Assembly: GCA_050012475.1 (NCBI GenBank)
Contig: JBEKHC010000001.1
Location: 122,108 to 186,107 of the forward strand
Length of the DNA: 64,000 nucleotides
DNA from: Candidatus Velthaea sp.
Lineage (GTDB): Bacteria > Vulcanimicrobiota > Vulcanimicrobiia > Vulcanimicrobiales > Vulcanimicrobiaceae
Direction: 5' to 3'
The translations under genes were made by a program, and so were the position numbers. Each line of letters opens with the position of its first letter. Position 1 is the first letter of the stretch. The notes below the pieces were generated by a model. The model ran no database searches. It saw nothing but the letters and a program-made list of their open reading frames with translations, and had not been told where the DNA came from. Below are positions 30,667-39,966 of the stretch, piece by piece.

Positions 30667-31896
30667 ATGAAAACGGCGAACTCCCGCGAGCCATTGAGCG
30701 AGACGGTCGAGTGGAAGCTGGTCGAAGAACTCTTCCACCAGCGGTCGATCATCGTGGTGAGCCTGGTCTGTATGCCGGCGGTCGCCGCAATGAGTTTTTC
30801 GCGCACGGGTCAGACGTGGTTTGTAGTCTGGGGCGTTGCCGCGATCGGACTAGCGCTGCTGCGGCTCGCCGTCGAGTTTGCGTTCACCCATCGTCGCGAA
30901 CGCTTCAAAAACCGGCGGCGCTGGCAGCTCCTGTTCTTGGCCGGGTCGTCGCTCAACGGGTTGCTGAGCGGCATTCTTGCCGCCGGAGTAGGCGGCGGGC
31001 CGGATCCGTTCACGCAAATGCTCGGCATCACGATGATGACCGCGTTCGTCATGGGTTCGGCGGCTCGCAACGCGGTGTACCCCGCGGCCGCGATCTCCTT
31101 CGTGCTGTTGGCAGAAGGTCCGCTCCTCGTCGCGTGCCTGCTCTCGCGCAACGCGTACTACATGCTGTACGCCGTCTTCATCGTCATGTACGCATTCACG
31201 TCGGTCTCGGTGGTGGGCCATTTCTACGCCCGGACCGTCCGCTTTCTGTGCGCCGATGAAGAAGAAATCGAACTGATGAACCAGATCCGCCGCTCCAATG
31301 ACGAGCTGGCCGGCGCGAACCGGCAGCTCGCCGCCATGGCCCGGATCGACGGCCTGACCGGCGTGGCGAATCGCCGCAGCTTCGACGAACTGCTCGAGCG
31401 CGAAACGCACCGCGCCCGCAGCGGCGGTTCGCCGTTCTCGCTCTTGATGCTCGACATCGATGCCTTCAAGGGCTACAACGATCGTTACGGTCATCAGGCC
31501 GGCGACGACTGCCTGCGCATCGTCGCGCGCACGGTAGCGGCGTGTTTGCGCCGCCCGGGCGATATCGTGGCACGCTACGGCGGCGAAGAGTTCGTGGCGA
31601 TTTTGCCCAGCACCGACGAAGCCGGTGCCGTTGCACTGGCGGAAACGATTCGCTCGGCAATCGAAGCGCTGCGCGTCGAGAGCGTCGACGCGCCCGGTGG
31701 CGTGGTCACACTGAGCGTCGGCGTTGCGACGTCGACTGACGACGCCGACTGGAATGCCGATGAGCTGATCCGGCGCGCGGATGCGGCGCTCTATGAGGCC
31801 AAACGCGCGGGCCGCAATTGCGTTTGGGTTGCCGAGCCGGGCGAAGCGCCGAGCAGGCTCGCTTTGGGCCCAGCCGAAGAAGTTGCACTGCCATGA
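30667..31896 (+). CDS. Membrane diguanylate cyclase, paralog of upstream gene
   Basis: Multiple TMs, DIDAFKGYND, RPGD I-site, GGEEF. Confidence 0.92.
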   Translation: MKTANSREPLSETVEWKLVEELFHQRSIIVVSLVCMPAVAAMSFSRTGQTWFVVWGVAAIGLALLRLAVEFAFTHRRERFKNRRRWQLLFLAGSSLNGLLSGILAAGVGGGPDPFTQMLGITMMTAFVMGSAARNAVYPAAAISFVLLAEGPLLVACLLSRNAYYMLYAVFIVMYAFTSVSVVGHFYARTVRFLCADEEEIELMNQIRRSNDELAGANRQLAAMARIDGLTGVANRRSFDELLERETHRARSGGSPFSLLMLDIDAFKGYNDRYGHQAGDDCLRIVARTVAACLRRPGDIVARYGGEEFVAILPSTDEAGAVALAETIRSAIEALRVESVDAPGGVVTLSVGVATSTDDADWNADELIRRADAALYEAKRAGRNCVWVAEPGEAPSRLALGPAEEVALP

Positions 31897-33006
31897 GTGA
31901 AGCGCAGGTTGCCGTCATCGCAAAAGCTCGCGAGCGTCTGGAGACGCTCAAGGTGCGGCTTTGACCACGCTGGCAAGACGCGCCAGGTAGCCGAACTCGA
32001 AGAGCGTTCGCGGTCCGGCGATTTCTGGAACGATGCGGCCAAGGCGCAGGCCGTGATGAAGCAAGTCTCGGATCTGCGCGAGGAAGTCGACCGGGTCGGC
32101 GGGGTCGAGCGCGAATTGGACGATGCGCTCGAAATGCTGGAGGTCTTGGGCGACGAGCCAGGGGTCGAGCGCGACGTCGATGCGGCCGTCGTTCGCGCGC
32201 AGGCGACGCTCGACGAGCTGGAAATGGCAGCGAACTTCGACCGGCCCTACGATTCGCACGGAGCGATCGTGACCATACGGGCGGGAGCGGGAGGAACCGA
32301 CGCAGCCGACTGGGTTGCGATGCTCGCGCGAATGTATTTGAAATGGGCGGAGGCGCACGGCTTGGCAGGCCAAGTTGCCGAGGAAGCTGCGGGCGACGAG
32401 GCCGGTCTGCGCTCGATCACGTTCTTCTTGCGCGGGCGCAACGCGTACGGGATGCTGGAAAGTGAACGCGGCGTTCATCGGCTCGTGCGCATCTCGCCCT
32501 TCGATCAGGCGCATCGCCGCCAGACGTCGTTCGCCGAGGTCGACGTGGTGCCCGAGATCGAAGCCGGCGACGCGGAAGACATCGAGATCCGGCCCGAAGA
32601 CCTGCGCGTCGAGACGTTCAAGGCCGGCGGCGCCGGCGGTCAATACGTCAACAAAACCGAGTCTGCCATTCGGATCATCCACATCCCGACGAATACGATC
32701 GTGGCTTCACAGCAGGAGCGGTCGCAAATGCAGAACCGCGACGTTGCGATGACGATTCTGCGCGCCAAACTCGTTGCCCGCGAACGTGAGGAGCGTGACG
32801 CCAAGCTCTCCGAGTTACGCGGCGAACGCAAAGCCAACGAGTGGGGTTCGCAAATTCGTTCGTACGTGCTCAATCCGTACCAGCTGGTCAAAGACCATCG
32901 CACGAACGTCGAAACCGGCAACGTCGCCGCCGTGCTCGACGGCGACATCGATGGTTTCATGTGGCCCTATCTCCAGCGGCGCAACGAGTTCAGCGGAGCG
33001 GCCTAA
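31893..33006 (+). CDS. prfB: Peptide chain release factor 2 with programmed +1 frameshift
   Basis: ATG 31893 gives MSEAQVAVIAKARERLETLKVRL then CTT TGA C at 31959-31965; +1 frame has SPF and GGQ motifs. Confidence 0.97.
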
Positions 33007-33171
33007 TGAATTCGCCTCGGATGGATTCGTCTCGGCTCTCGCTCGACGAATCCCGCTCGAGTGGATCCGTCTTGGCTTCGCTCGACAGATCCACCGCGTT
33101 CGGCCCGAAGGGCCGAGCCGCCATCTCGCTTACGCTCGATGATCCATCGCGTTCGGCTTCACCGAGCCGCC
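33007..33171. repeat. Cluster of REP-like palindromes (BIME-like)
   Basis: Units at 33022-33053 and 33062-33093 plus partial copies, similar to 22396-22456. Confidence 0.75.
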
Positions 33172-33184
33172 CGACACACTCCTG

Positions 33185-34096
33185 ATGAGCGATTCGGTGG
33201 TCCGCGTCAAGCCGCGCATCGACGTCGTGGTCGTGTGCTGGAACGACAAAGAGAAAATCACGATCGCGCTGGATTCCGTATATGCGTTGCCCGAAGTGCA
33301 GCGCGAGCCGGAGTTCGTCAACGTCGTGGTTTCCGACAACGGTTCGACCGACGGCAGCCGCGAATTTCTGCGCGAACGCTATGGCGCGCGGCTGCAGATC
33401 GTTGAAAACGGGGCGAACTTGGGCTTCGCCGCTGCGTGCAATCGTGCGTTCGCAGCGACGTCGTCCGACTACGTGTTCTTACTCAACCCTGACGCCGAGC
33501 TCAAGCCCGGCGCGCTGACCGCGATCGTGGCGTTCATGGACGCGCACCCGCGCTGCGGCATCGCCGGCTCGCGTATCTATAACTACGACGGCAGCGTGCA
33601 GCAGTCGGTGGGTGAGTTCGATACCTGGAGCGGCGCGTTCTTACGGTCGAGCGCCTGGGGTGAGTGGCCGGTCTTCACGCGTTTTGCGAACGGTGCGTCG
33701 CTGCGCGGTTGGAACTACGACACCGAGCGGCGCGTCGATCTCGCGATCGGTGCGGCGCTGGCCATCCGGCGAACGATGATCGAGCAGATCGGCGCGTTCG
33801 ACGAGCGCTTTTTTCTCTACCACGAAGAAGTCGACTACGCCAAGCGTGCCGCCGACGCCGGCTGGGAAACCTGGTTCGTGCCGGGCAGCGAAGCCGTTCA
33901 CGAAGGCGAGGGCAGTGCCAAAGGACAGTACAGCGTCGAATCGCGCAAGCAGCGATCGCGGCGCAAGTACTGGATCAAGCATCACGGCTATCTCTGGTTC
34001 TACGCGCTCAATGCGGCCTTGATCGGCCGGTACGTGCTGTATCTCGGCGTGCTCGTCGCCGGGTTCGCCGCGGGCCGGCGGCTGTTGCGGCGCTGA
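33185..34096 (+). CDS. GT2-family glycosyltransferase (WbbL-like)
   Basis: DNGSTDGS, NLGFAAACN, LLNPDA, FDERFFLYHEEVD. Confidence 0.9.
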   Translation: MSDSVVRVKPRIDVVVVCWNDKEKITIALDSVYALPEVQREPEFVNVVVSDNGSTDGSREFLRERYGARLQIVENGANLGFAAACNRAFAATSSDYVFLLNPDAELKPGALTAIVAFMDAHPRCGIAGSRIYNYDGSVQQSVGEFDTWSGAFLRSSAWGEWPVFTRFANGASLRGWNYDTERRVDLAIGAALAIRRTMIEQIGAFDERFFLYHEEVDYAKRAADAGWETWFVPGSEAVHEGEGSAKGQYSVESRKQRSRRKYWIKHHGYLWFYALNAALIGRYVLYLGVLVAGFAAGRRLLRR

Positions 34097-34437
34097 TGGC
34101 GATCGCGCCCGAAGCCGTCGTCACGTTCGAGCGGATCGACGGCTATCGCATCATCCGTTCGTTCGGTTTCGCTTACGGGCACGCGAGCCGGCCGCGCAAC
34201 GTCTTGCGGGCGACGTTTCGCAGCATCGGCGCCTTCATCGGTTTGGCGCCGATCGAATATCTCACCGAAGCCGAACGGGCGCGGGCAGAATCGCTCGCAT
34301 CGCTCATTCGCCGCGCCGAAGAAATGGGCGCCAACGGCATCGTCGGGTTGCAATTTCAAGCCTCCGAGGCCGCCGACGGCTCGACGCGCGTGCTGGCGTT
34401 CGGCGAAGCGGTGTTGCTGGAACCGCCGCCGCGATGA
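34096..34437 (+). CDS. YbjQ-family (heavy-metal-binding domain) protein
   Basis: IDGYRIIRSFG, AEEMGANGIVG, LAFGEAV; TGATG coupling. Confidence 0.8.
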   Translation: MAIAPEAVVTFERIDGYRIIRSFGFAYGHASRPRNVLRATFRSIGAFIGLAPIEYLTEAERARAESLASLIRRAEEMGANGIVGLQFQASEAADGSTRVLAFGEAVLLEPPPR

Positions 34438-35093
34438 GCCTGGCCGAGCGCGCGCGTCGCGCGCGATCGATCGAAGCCGCCGCTGCCGTAGTCGAAGCGT
34501 GCCGGCGCTGCGCGATCGGTGCGACCCGCACGCACAGTGTCTACGGCGAAGGCGATCCGTGCGCCGGGCTCATGGTCATCGGCGAAGGGCCGGGCGAAAC
34601 CGAAGACAAGCTGGGCCGGCCCTTCGTCGGACGCGCGGGCGAACTGCTCGACAAGATGCTCGGGGCCATCGACTTGGCGCGCGAGGACGTGTTCATCTGC
34701 AACACCGTCAAGTGCCGCCCAACGCTCGATGACGGCCGGCGGCTGCGCAATCGCGCCCCCGATCCGCAAGAGATGAAGAACTGCCGCCCGTATCTCGATC
34801 TCCAGATCGACATCATCCGCCCGCGCGTCATCCTCGCGTTGGGCGCGCCGGCGGCGAAGTCGTTCATGGGCGAGAAGTTTTCGATCACGCGGCAGCGCGG
34901 CCAATGGTTCGCGGGTCCGAACGACATTCCGACCATCGCCACGTTCCATCCGGCCTACATCCTGCGCCAAACGGGCGGCGAACTCAACGCGATGAAACGC
35001 TTAGTGTTCGCCGATCTCAAAGCCGTGCGGGCGAAGCTCGACGAGCCGGTTCCGGTCGTCGACGTGCCGATCGTGCAAGACACGCTGTTTTGA
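34434..35093 (+). CDS. udg: Uracil-DNA glycosylase family 4 (Fe-S)
   Basis: CRRC, GEGPG, GRPFVGRAG, NTVKCRP, HPAYILR. Confidence 0.93.
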   Translation: MSLAERARRARSIEAAAAVVEACRRCAIGATRTHSVYGEGDPCAGLMVIGEGPGETEDKLGRPFVGRAGELLDKMLGAIDLAREDVFICNTVKCRPTLDDGRRLRNRAPDPQEMKNCRPYLDLQIDIIRPRVILALGAPAAKSFMGEKFSITRQRGQWFAGPNDIPTIATFHPAYILRQTGGELNAMKRLVFADLKAVRAKLDEPVPVVDVPIVQDTLF

Positions 35094-35116
35094 GCGGCGG
35101 CCGCCCTGCGCGGCAG

Positions 35117-35908
35117 CTATGCCGTCGTTCGCCGTTCGACCAGCAGCGCTTGATGGCCGACGGCGAAATAGCCGGTCGTGTCGGCGAGCCGGAATGACGT
35201 GATGCCGAGTCCGTCGCCGCTGAGCGTCGTGCGCGCTTCGAGCAGCGTCCATTCGCCGTGCGGATAGCGCTCGAACGCGAGCGACAAGGACGGCGGAACG
35301 AACATCCATTCGTCCATCGGAAGTTCGCGGCTGATGCCGTTGGCGGAGTCGGCAATGAGCAACGCGCGGTCGAGCGGCTGCAGCGGCCGGCCGGCGATCA
35401 GCGGTCCGCGCGGGCGCGTCCACACGGCGGCCGGACCGAAGCCATGCTCGCCGTGCGCGTAGCGCCATTCGAGGGCGCGGCCATAGCCGAACGCCTGCAG
35501 CCACGTCGGCCGGTCGCGCTCGTCGGGTAGCGCCGGGACGTCATCAGCTTCGCTCGCGGCGGGCGGAACGCTGTTGGGAGGTTGGACGGCGATCCGCCAC
35601 ACGCGCGCGGTGACGACGTCGCGTCCGCCGCTCTCGATCACGCCTTCGAGCATTTCGATCCGCTTGCCGGGCCGCGCGATCCGGGTGCGGACGGTCATTT
35701 CGGCCAGCGGGATCGGGCCGAGGAATTCGGCTGACACCCGCGCGATCCGCATGTTTTCGCGCGGATTCTGCGCTTCCACGGCGTGCGCAACCAACGCCGT
35801 CGGCGGACTGCCGTGCTGCAGTCGCGCGTCCCACGGACTCTCCGTCGCGGACAAGGCTCGGAACGTCGAGTCACCGGTCTGTTCGTAGAACGCGCTCGCC
35901 TCGCTCAT
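35117..35908 (-). CDS. Acyl-CoA thioesterase-like (double hotdog) protein
   Basis: SPWDARLQHGSPP, RPGKRIE, IADSANG. Confidence 0.82.
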   Translation of the reverse strand: MSEASAFYEQTGDSTFRALSATESPWDARLQHGSPPTALVAHAVEAQNPRENMRIARVSAEFLGPIPLAEMTVRTRIARPGKRIEMLEGVIESGGRDVVTARVWRIAVQPPNSVPPAASEADDVPALPDERDRPTWLQAFGYGRALEWRYAHGEHGFGPAAVWTRPRGPLIAGRPLQPLDRALLIADSANGISRELPMDEWMFVPPSLSLAFERYPHGEWTLLEARTTLSGDGLGITSFRLADTTGYFAVGHQALLVERRTTA

Positions 35909-35968
35909 CGGGCTGCCTTTTTCCATAAGTGGAAAAATGCTTTTTCCCGCTGTTCAGGACTCCGTCGC

Positions 35969-36154
35969 CTACACGCCGCCCAAGCGGTTCGCGGCGCCTT
36001 TGGCGGCTTCGGCGTCGAGGATTTCCGGCAGTCGCCGAATCTCGGCTTGCGCGCCGGCGTCGTCTTCGTGCGCGATCGCTCGCAACGTGCCGAGCTGGAT
36101 CGCAAGGTATGCGAGCATACCGTGTCTCCCGCCGTTCGGGTTTTTCGCGTCCAT
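35969..36154 (-). CDS. Small hypothetical protein (61 aa)
   Basis: MDAKNPNGGRHGMLAYLAIQLGTLRAIAHE, helical composition; sigma28-like site upstream. Confidence 0.35.
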   Translation of the reverse strand: MDAKNPNGGRHGMLAYLAIQLGTLRAIAHEDDAGAQAEIRRLPEILDAEAAKGAANRLGGV

Positions 36155-36475
36155 CCTGCCGACATTTCCTTGACCCGAACTGAGCAGCAAAGTACTGCCA
36201 GGCGCTTCTTCCTTGTTATCGGTTTCCGGCAGCAAAGCTCAATATGCCGGCCGGCGGAGTCACGCCGGCGCTATGATACTATCGGCACGTATGCGCAGAG
36301 AGGAGAGCGCAACGGGGTCTCCGACGAGAGCTACTGCGCGGCCGGCGTTCGTGCGACGTTTCGCCCGTGCAGCTGCAGCAGGCGTCCCTGATCGAGGCTG
36401 CCTAGCAATGACCGATAATAGATAAGCCAGATCGCCCCTGCGTTAAGAAACGGTCCGCAACATTCGCTCGAGCAA

Positions 36476-36649
36476 TCAGTCGCTCATAATGTACACGAGA
36501 TGGTCGCTGTGCAAAAAGTAGAACTGAACTTCCGGAGAGCTTGCAGGGCCCGGGATCTCGCTCGTTTGCTCGCCGCTAAACGAAAGCTCAAACGTGCTCA
36601 GGCGAACAGATTCCTCGTCGCACGTCTCGCAGCGTAAGAAGTAATTCAT
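36476..36649 (-). CDS. 57-aa putative Zn-binding protein (CxxC...HxxH), below ORF-track cutoff
   Basis: Manual translation MNYFLRCETCDEESVRLSTFELSFSGEQTSEIPGPASSPEVQFYFLHSDHLVYIMSD. Confidence 0.5.
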   Translation of the reverse strand: MNYFLRCETCDEESVRLSTFELSFSGEQTSEIPGPASSPEVQFYFLHSDHLVYIMSD

Positions 36650-37288
36650 CGACGCGGTCGCCGATCCTGAAGATAGTGCGCCGGCAGCAGCGCTGTCATC
36701 GTCGCTACTGCAGACACGACCGCAGCAATCCCTGCCGGTTAATGCGCGACTTGCAAGCGCACTGTAGATCTTGACTAATGTTTAATGCTTCCGGTAATGG
36801 AATCGATGTGCCCAATCGCCATTGCCGCATGTTCGCGCAAACGTACTTGCTGGTTTTGAGATAAGCCCTGGCAAGGAATCGGTGCGCGAAGGGCTGCGGA
36901 CCAAGCGCGATTTACTGCTGCTTGAAACTTCACTCCCGCGCGCGCAAAAGGACCGGTGCCGGTTGAATGCTTTGCGCTGGCTGTTTTTTTCGGAATCGCA
37001 AAACCTGACAAGCCCCAGCCATCCTACCACTTGAAGGCAATGTGAAAAAGCGACGGTTGGTGGACCGGACATGACCACGCTTTGATTGCCGCTTACATGT
37101 GGTGACTGCGCGAACTTTTGGACTTCGGGGCCGAGACGCCGGCGAACGTGCCAGCAGTGTCGCGACGGGCGCGCTGGCCCCGTAGGCGGCGGTGCGGCAG
37201 TCCCGCAGCGCTAAGAATTCCAAGGCACGAAAGCTGCGCGACCGGTTATGAGGCAAGGCCCCCCGCGACTTCGTTCGAGAGAATTATC

Positions 37289-37432
37289 GCGCGAGCCCGG
37301 GATGTCGCCCGATCCCGGGATGTCGCGCGAGCCCAGGATGTCGCGCGAGCCCGGGATGTCGCGCGAGCCCGGGATGTCGAGCGAGCCCGGGATGTCGCGC
37401 GAGCCCGGGATGTCGCCCGATCCCAGGATGCC
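37289..37432. repeat. 8 x 18-bp tandem repeat, consensus GCGCGAGCCCGGGATGTC
   Basis: Contiguous units read directly, no spacers. Confidence 0.95.
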
Positions 37433-37742
37433 GTCGATGATGAGTTGCGGACGAGTTGCGTGGGTTTCCGAGTTTTTGAACTGGGCGTCGCCGATGTTTA
37501 GGGAACACCCCTTGACGACCCAGCGCGCCTCGTGCGAGCCGGCTCGGAAATCACGCCTGCGGCTCAGCGTCGTTCTCCGGTCACAAACCTACGGCTTCGC
37601 CGGGTGCACCGAGCGAAGCCGCGGGAACCCAGCGCATCACTCTTCAATCCGAACGAAAATCCTTTGCGATCTTTTGCCCGGAACTTCTGAGATACCGCAC
37701 TCGCAGTCAACGGGCGAACCCGTCTGACTCGAGGGGAGAAAC

Positions 37743-38795
37743 CTACACCACGCCTGCGAAGTCGAGGACCATGCGGCCTTCGATCTTACCGGCTTTGAGA
37801 TCGGTGAAGATTCGGTTGATGTCTTCGAGTTTTGAGAGGTGGATGTCGACGCGAACTTTACCGCGCGCTGCGAATGCGATCGCCTCCGCAAGATCTTTGC
37901 GCGTGCCCACGATCGAGCCGCGAATGGTCAGTCGCTTCAACACGACCTCGAAGATCGGTATCTGAAAACCGCCTGGCGGCAGGCCGATGAGCGCTACCGT
38001 CCCGCGGGGGCGCAGCATTTGGATTGCTTGCGAGAAGGCCGACACCGAAACGGCGGTGACCAGGACGCCGTGCGCGCCGCCTCTGGTTATCTCGTTGACC
38101 TGTGCGACCGCATCGGCATCGAGCGCGTTTACCGTGGCGTCTGCGCCGACCAAACGCGCGAGCGAGAGCTTTGCTTCATTGATGTCGAGGCCGACAACGT
38201 TCAGACCCATCGCCTTGGCGTATTGCACGGCGACGTGTCCGAGACCACCGAGCCCGGAGATCGCAATCCACTCGCCCGGTCGCGTCTCCGTTTCTTTGAT
38301 GCCCTTGTACGTAGTGACGCCTGCGCACAAGATCGGCGCCATCTGCGCAAAGCTCGTCGGCTTGACGTGGATGTCATCGGGTAATCGTCCCACATATGCG
38401 GCCGAAGCAATCGCGTACTCCGCGAAACCGCCGTTAACGCTGTAACCGCTATCGTGTTGCGTTTGGCACAGCGTCTCCCAACCGGAAAAGCAATACTCGC
38501 AATTTCCGCAGGCGTCGTGCAGCCAGGGGATACCAACCGGCTCTTCAAGTTTGAAACCATCGACTCCGGGACCGATGCCGACTACCCGGCCGGCAACCTC
38601 GTGTCCCGGTATGAACGGGGGACTTGGCTTCACCGGCCAATCCCCGTCAGCAGCATGCAGATCGGTGTGGCAGACGCCGCATGCGACTACCTGGACTAAG
38701 AGCTCACCAGGCCCCGGGACCGGGACAGGCCGCTCTTCGATCGTCAACGGTTGGCCAAACTCGCGCACTACCGCAGCTTTCATCGTTTTTGCCAT
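37743..38795 (-). CDS. adhP: Zn-dependent alcohol dehydrogenase (AdhP type)
   Basis: CGVCHTDLH, IPGHE, CGNCEYC, LCAGVTTYKG, GLGGLGH. Confidence 0.95.
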   Translation of the reverse strand: MAKTMKAAVVREFGQPLTIEERPVPVPGPGELLVQVVACGVCHTDLHAADGDWPVKPSPPFIPGHEVAGRVVGIGPGVDGFKLEEPVGIPWLHDACGNCEYCFSGWETLCQTQHDSGYSVNGGFAEYAIASAAYVGRLPDDIHVKPTSFAQMAPILCAGVTTYKGIKETETRPGEWIAISGLGGLGHVAVQYAKAMGLNVVGLDINEAKLSLARLVGADATVNALDADAVAQVNEITRGGAHGVLVTAVSVSAFSQAIQMLRPRGTVALIGLPPGGFQIPIFEVVLKRLTIRGSIVGTRKDLAEAIAFAARGKVRVDIHLSKLEDINRIFTDLKAGKIEGRMVLDFAGVV

Positions 38796-39076
38796 GCGAT
38801 CGCCCCTCAATTCCAATACTTCAGGAAAAAAATTCTTCCATGACGCGCCCGTTCCGCACATCTTACTAAGCTCTTTTATTAGCGCTCGAATCCTACGGTT
38901 AACAATCGAGCGCGAATGACAATCGCTTACCAGTACGGTAGAGCTGATCAAGCGATCAAAAGGATCGCCGCGATCCGAAGATCGGGACGAATCGCTCGAG
39001 ACGACACCAATGGCAGAATTCAGGCGATGGATCGTGCAGCAGTGATGAACGTCTACAGAACTGCTTGACGAATCGT

Positions 39077-39106
39077 GTCAGGGCATCCCGAGTCAGGGCA
39101 TCCCGA
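39077..39106. repeat. Perfect 15-bp tandem duplication GTCAGGGCATCCCGA
   Basis: Read directly, upstream of RNase T2 gene. Confidence 0.85.
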
Positions 39107-39167
39107 ACAAAACAGCCTGTACGGACCAGGAGGGCTTGCCGGTTTGATATCGCTGCGGGGCAGAACG

Positions 39168-39911
39168 GTGCTGCGGTTTCTCTCTGCCATTGCGTTGGCC
39201 GCGCTCCTCGTGAAACCGGCGGCCGCCGCGCCGTTGGCGCCGGCGGTGCACGCCGATTTCAGCTACTATACGTTCGCGTTGACCTGGCAGCCCGGCATCT
39301 GCAGCACGAACGAAGGATGCAGCGCCGATCAGCCGCACACGGTGCTGATCGGGCTGCACGGCCTGTGGGCTTCGCTGCCGCGAAGCTTGAGCGACCGCGG
39401 GGTCGTCGCCCCGGAATGGTGGCAGCGCGGCTGCGATTATTTCGGGCATACCGACGCCTCTCCGCCGCTCGATGCGGCCCTCAAGGGCCGACTCGAGGCG
39501 GTCATGCCGCACTTCACCGGCGATTTATTGACGCACGAGTACGACAAGCACGTCGCCTGCTTCAAGTTTGATTCGACGCAGTTTTTTACGACCGAACTCG
39601 CGCTGCGTGACGCCGTCGTTGGGAGCCGCTTCGGCCGGTATCTGCTGGCGCACGAAGGCCGCGATCTCGCGCACCGCGATCTCGTCGACGCGTTCCGCAC
39701 GGGTTTTTCAACGGCCGCGGGCGCCTCGCTCCAGCTGCGCTGCGAACGCGACGCCGCCGGCCGCGACGTGCTGACCCAGTTTTGGATCACGATCGCGGCA
39801 GACCGGCTGGACGCGTTTCCCGGGCGCGGCTCGCTCATCGACGCGCCGATCGCACAGGATGATTGCCCGGCGCAGTTTCACCTGCCGCGCTGGCCGCCGT
39901 CGCCGCGGTAG
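39168..39911 (+). CDS. Secreted ribonuclease T2/RNase I family
   Basis: Signal peptide, FALTWQPGIC, IGLHGLW (CAS I), HEYDKHVAC (CAS II). Confidence 0.88.
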   Translation: MLRFLSAIALAALLVKPAAAAPLAPAVHADFSYYTFALTWQPGICSTNEGCSADQPHTVLIGLHGLWASLPRSLSDRGVVAPEWWQRGCDYFGHTDASPPLDAALKGRLEAVMPHFTGDLLTHEYDKHVACFKFDSTQFFTTELALRDAVVGSRFGRYLLAHEGRDLAHRDLVDAFRTGFSTAAGASLQLRCERDAAGRDVLTQFWITIAADRLDAFPGRGSLIDAPIAQDDCPAQFHLPRWPPSPR

Positions 39912-39949
39912 AGTCAGCTGGGCGGCGACCCGCGTTCGGGGTGATTTCA

Positions 39950-39958
39950 TGCTAGAAT
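39950..39958 (+). promoter_or_regulatory. Extended -10 promoter (TGcTAGAAT), probably leaderless rlmN transcript
   Basis: TAGAAT ends 8 nt before the ATG at 39967. Confidence 0.55.
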
Positions 39959-39966
39959 AGGGGCTT

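Noticed and set aside
31897..31962. ORF-track N-terminus MKRRLPSSQK for prfB
   Set aside because: Explained by the frameshift from ATG 31893
37289..37432. CRISPR array
   Set aside because: Units are contiguous with no unique spacers, and there are no cas genes in the window
38944..38960. FNR/CRP box upstream of adhP (TGATCAAGCGATCA)
   Set aside because: Spacing does not fit TTGAT-N4-ATCAA and the half-sites do not fit CRP
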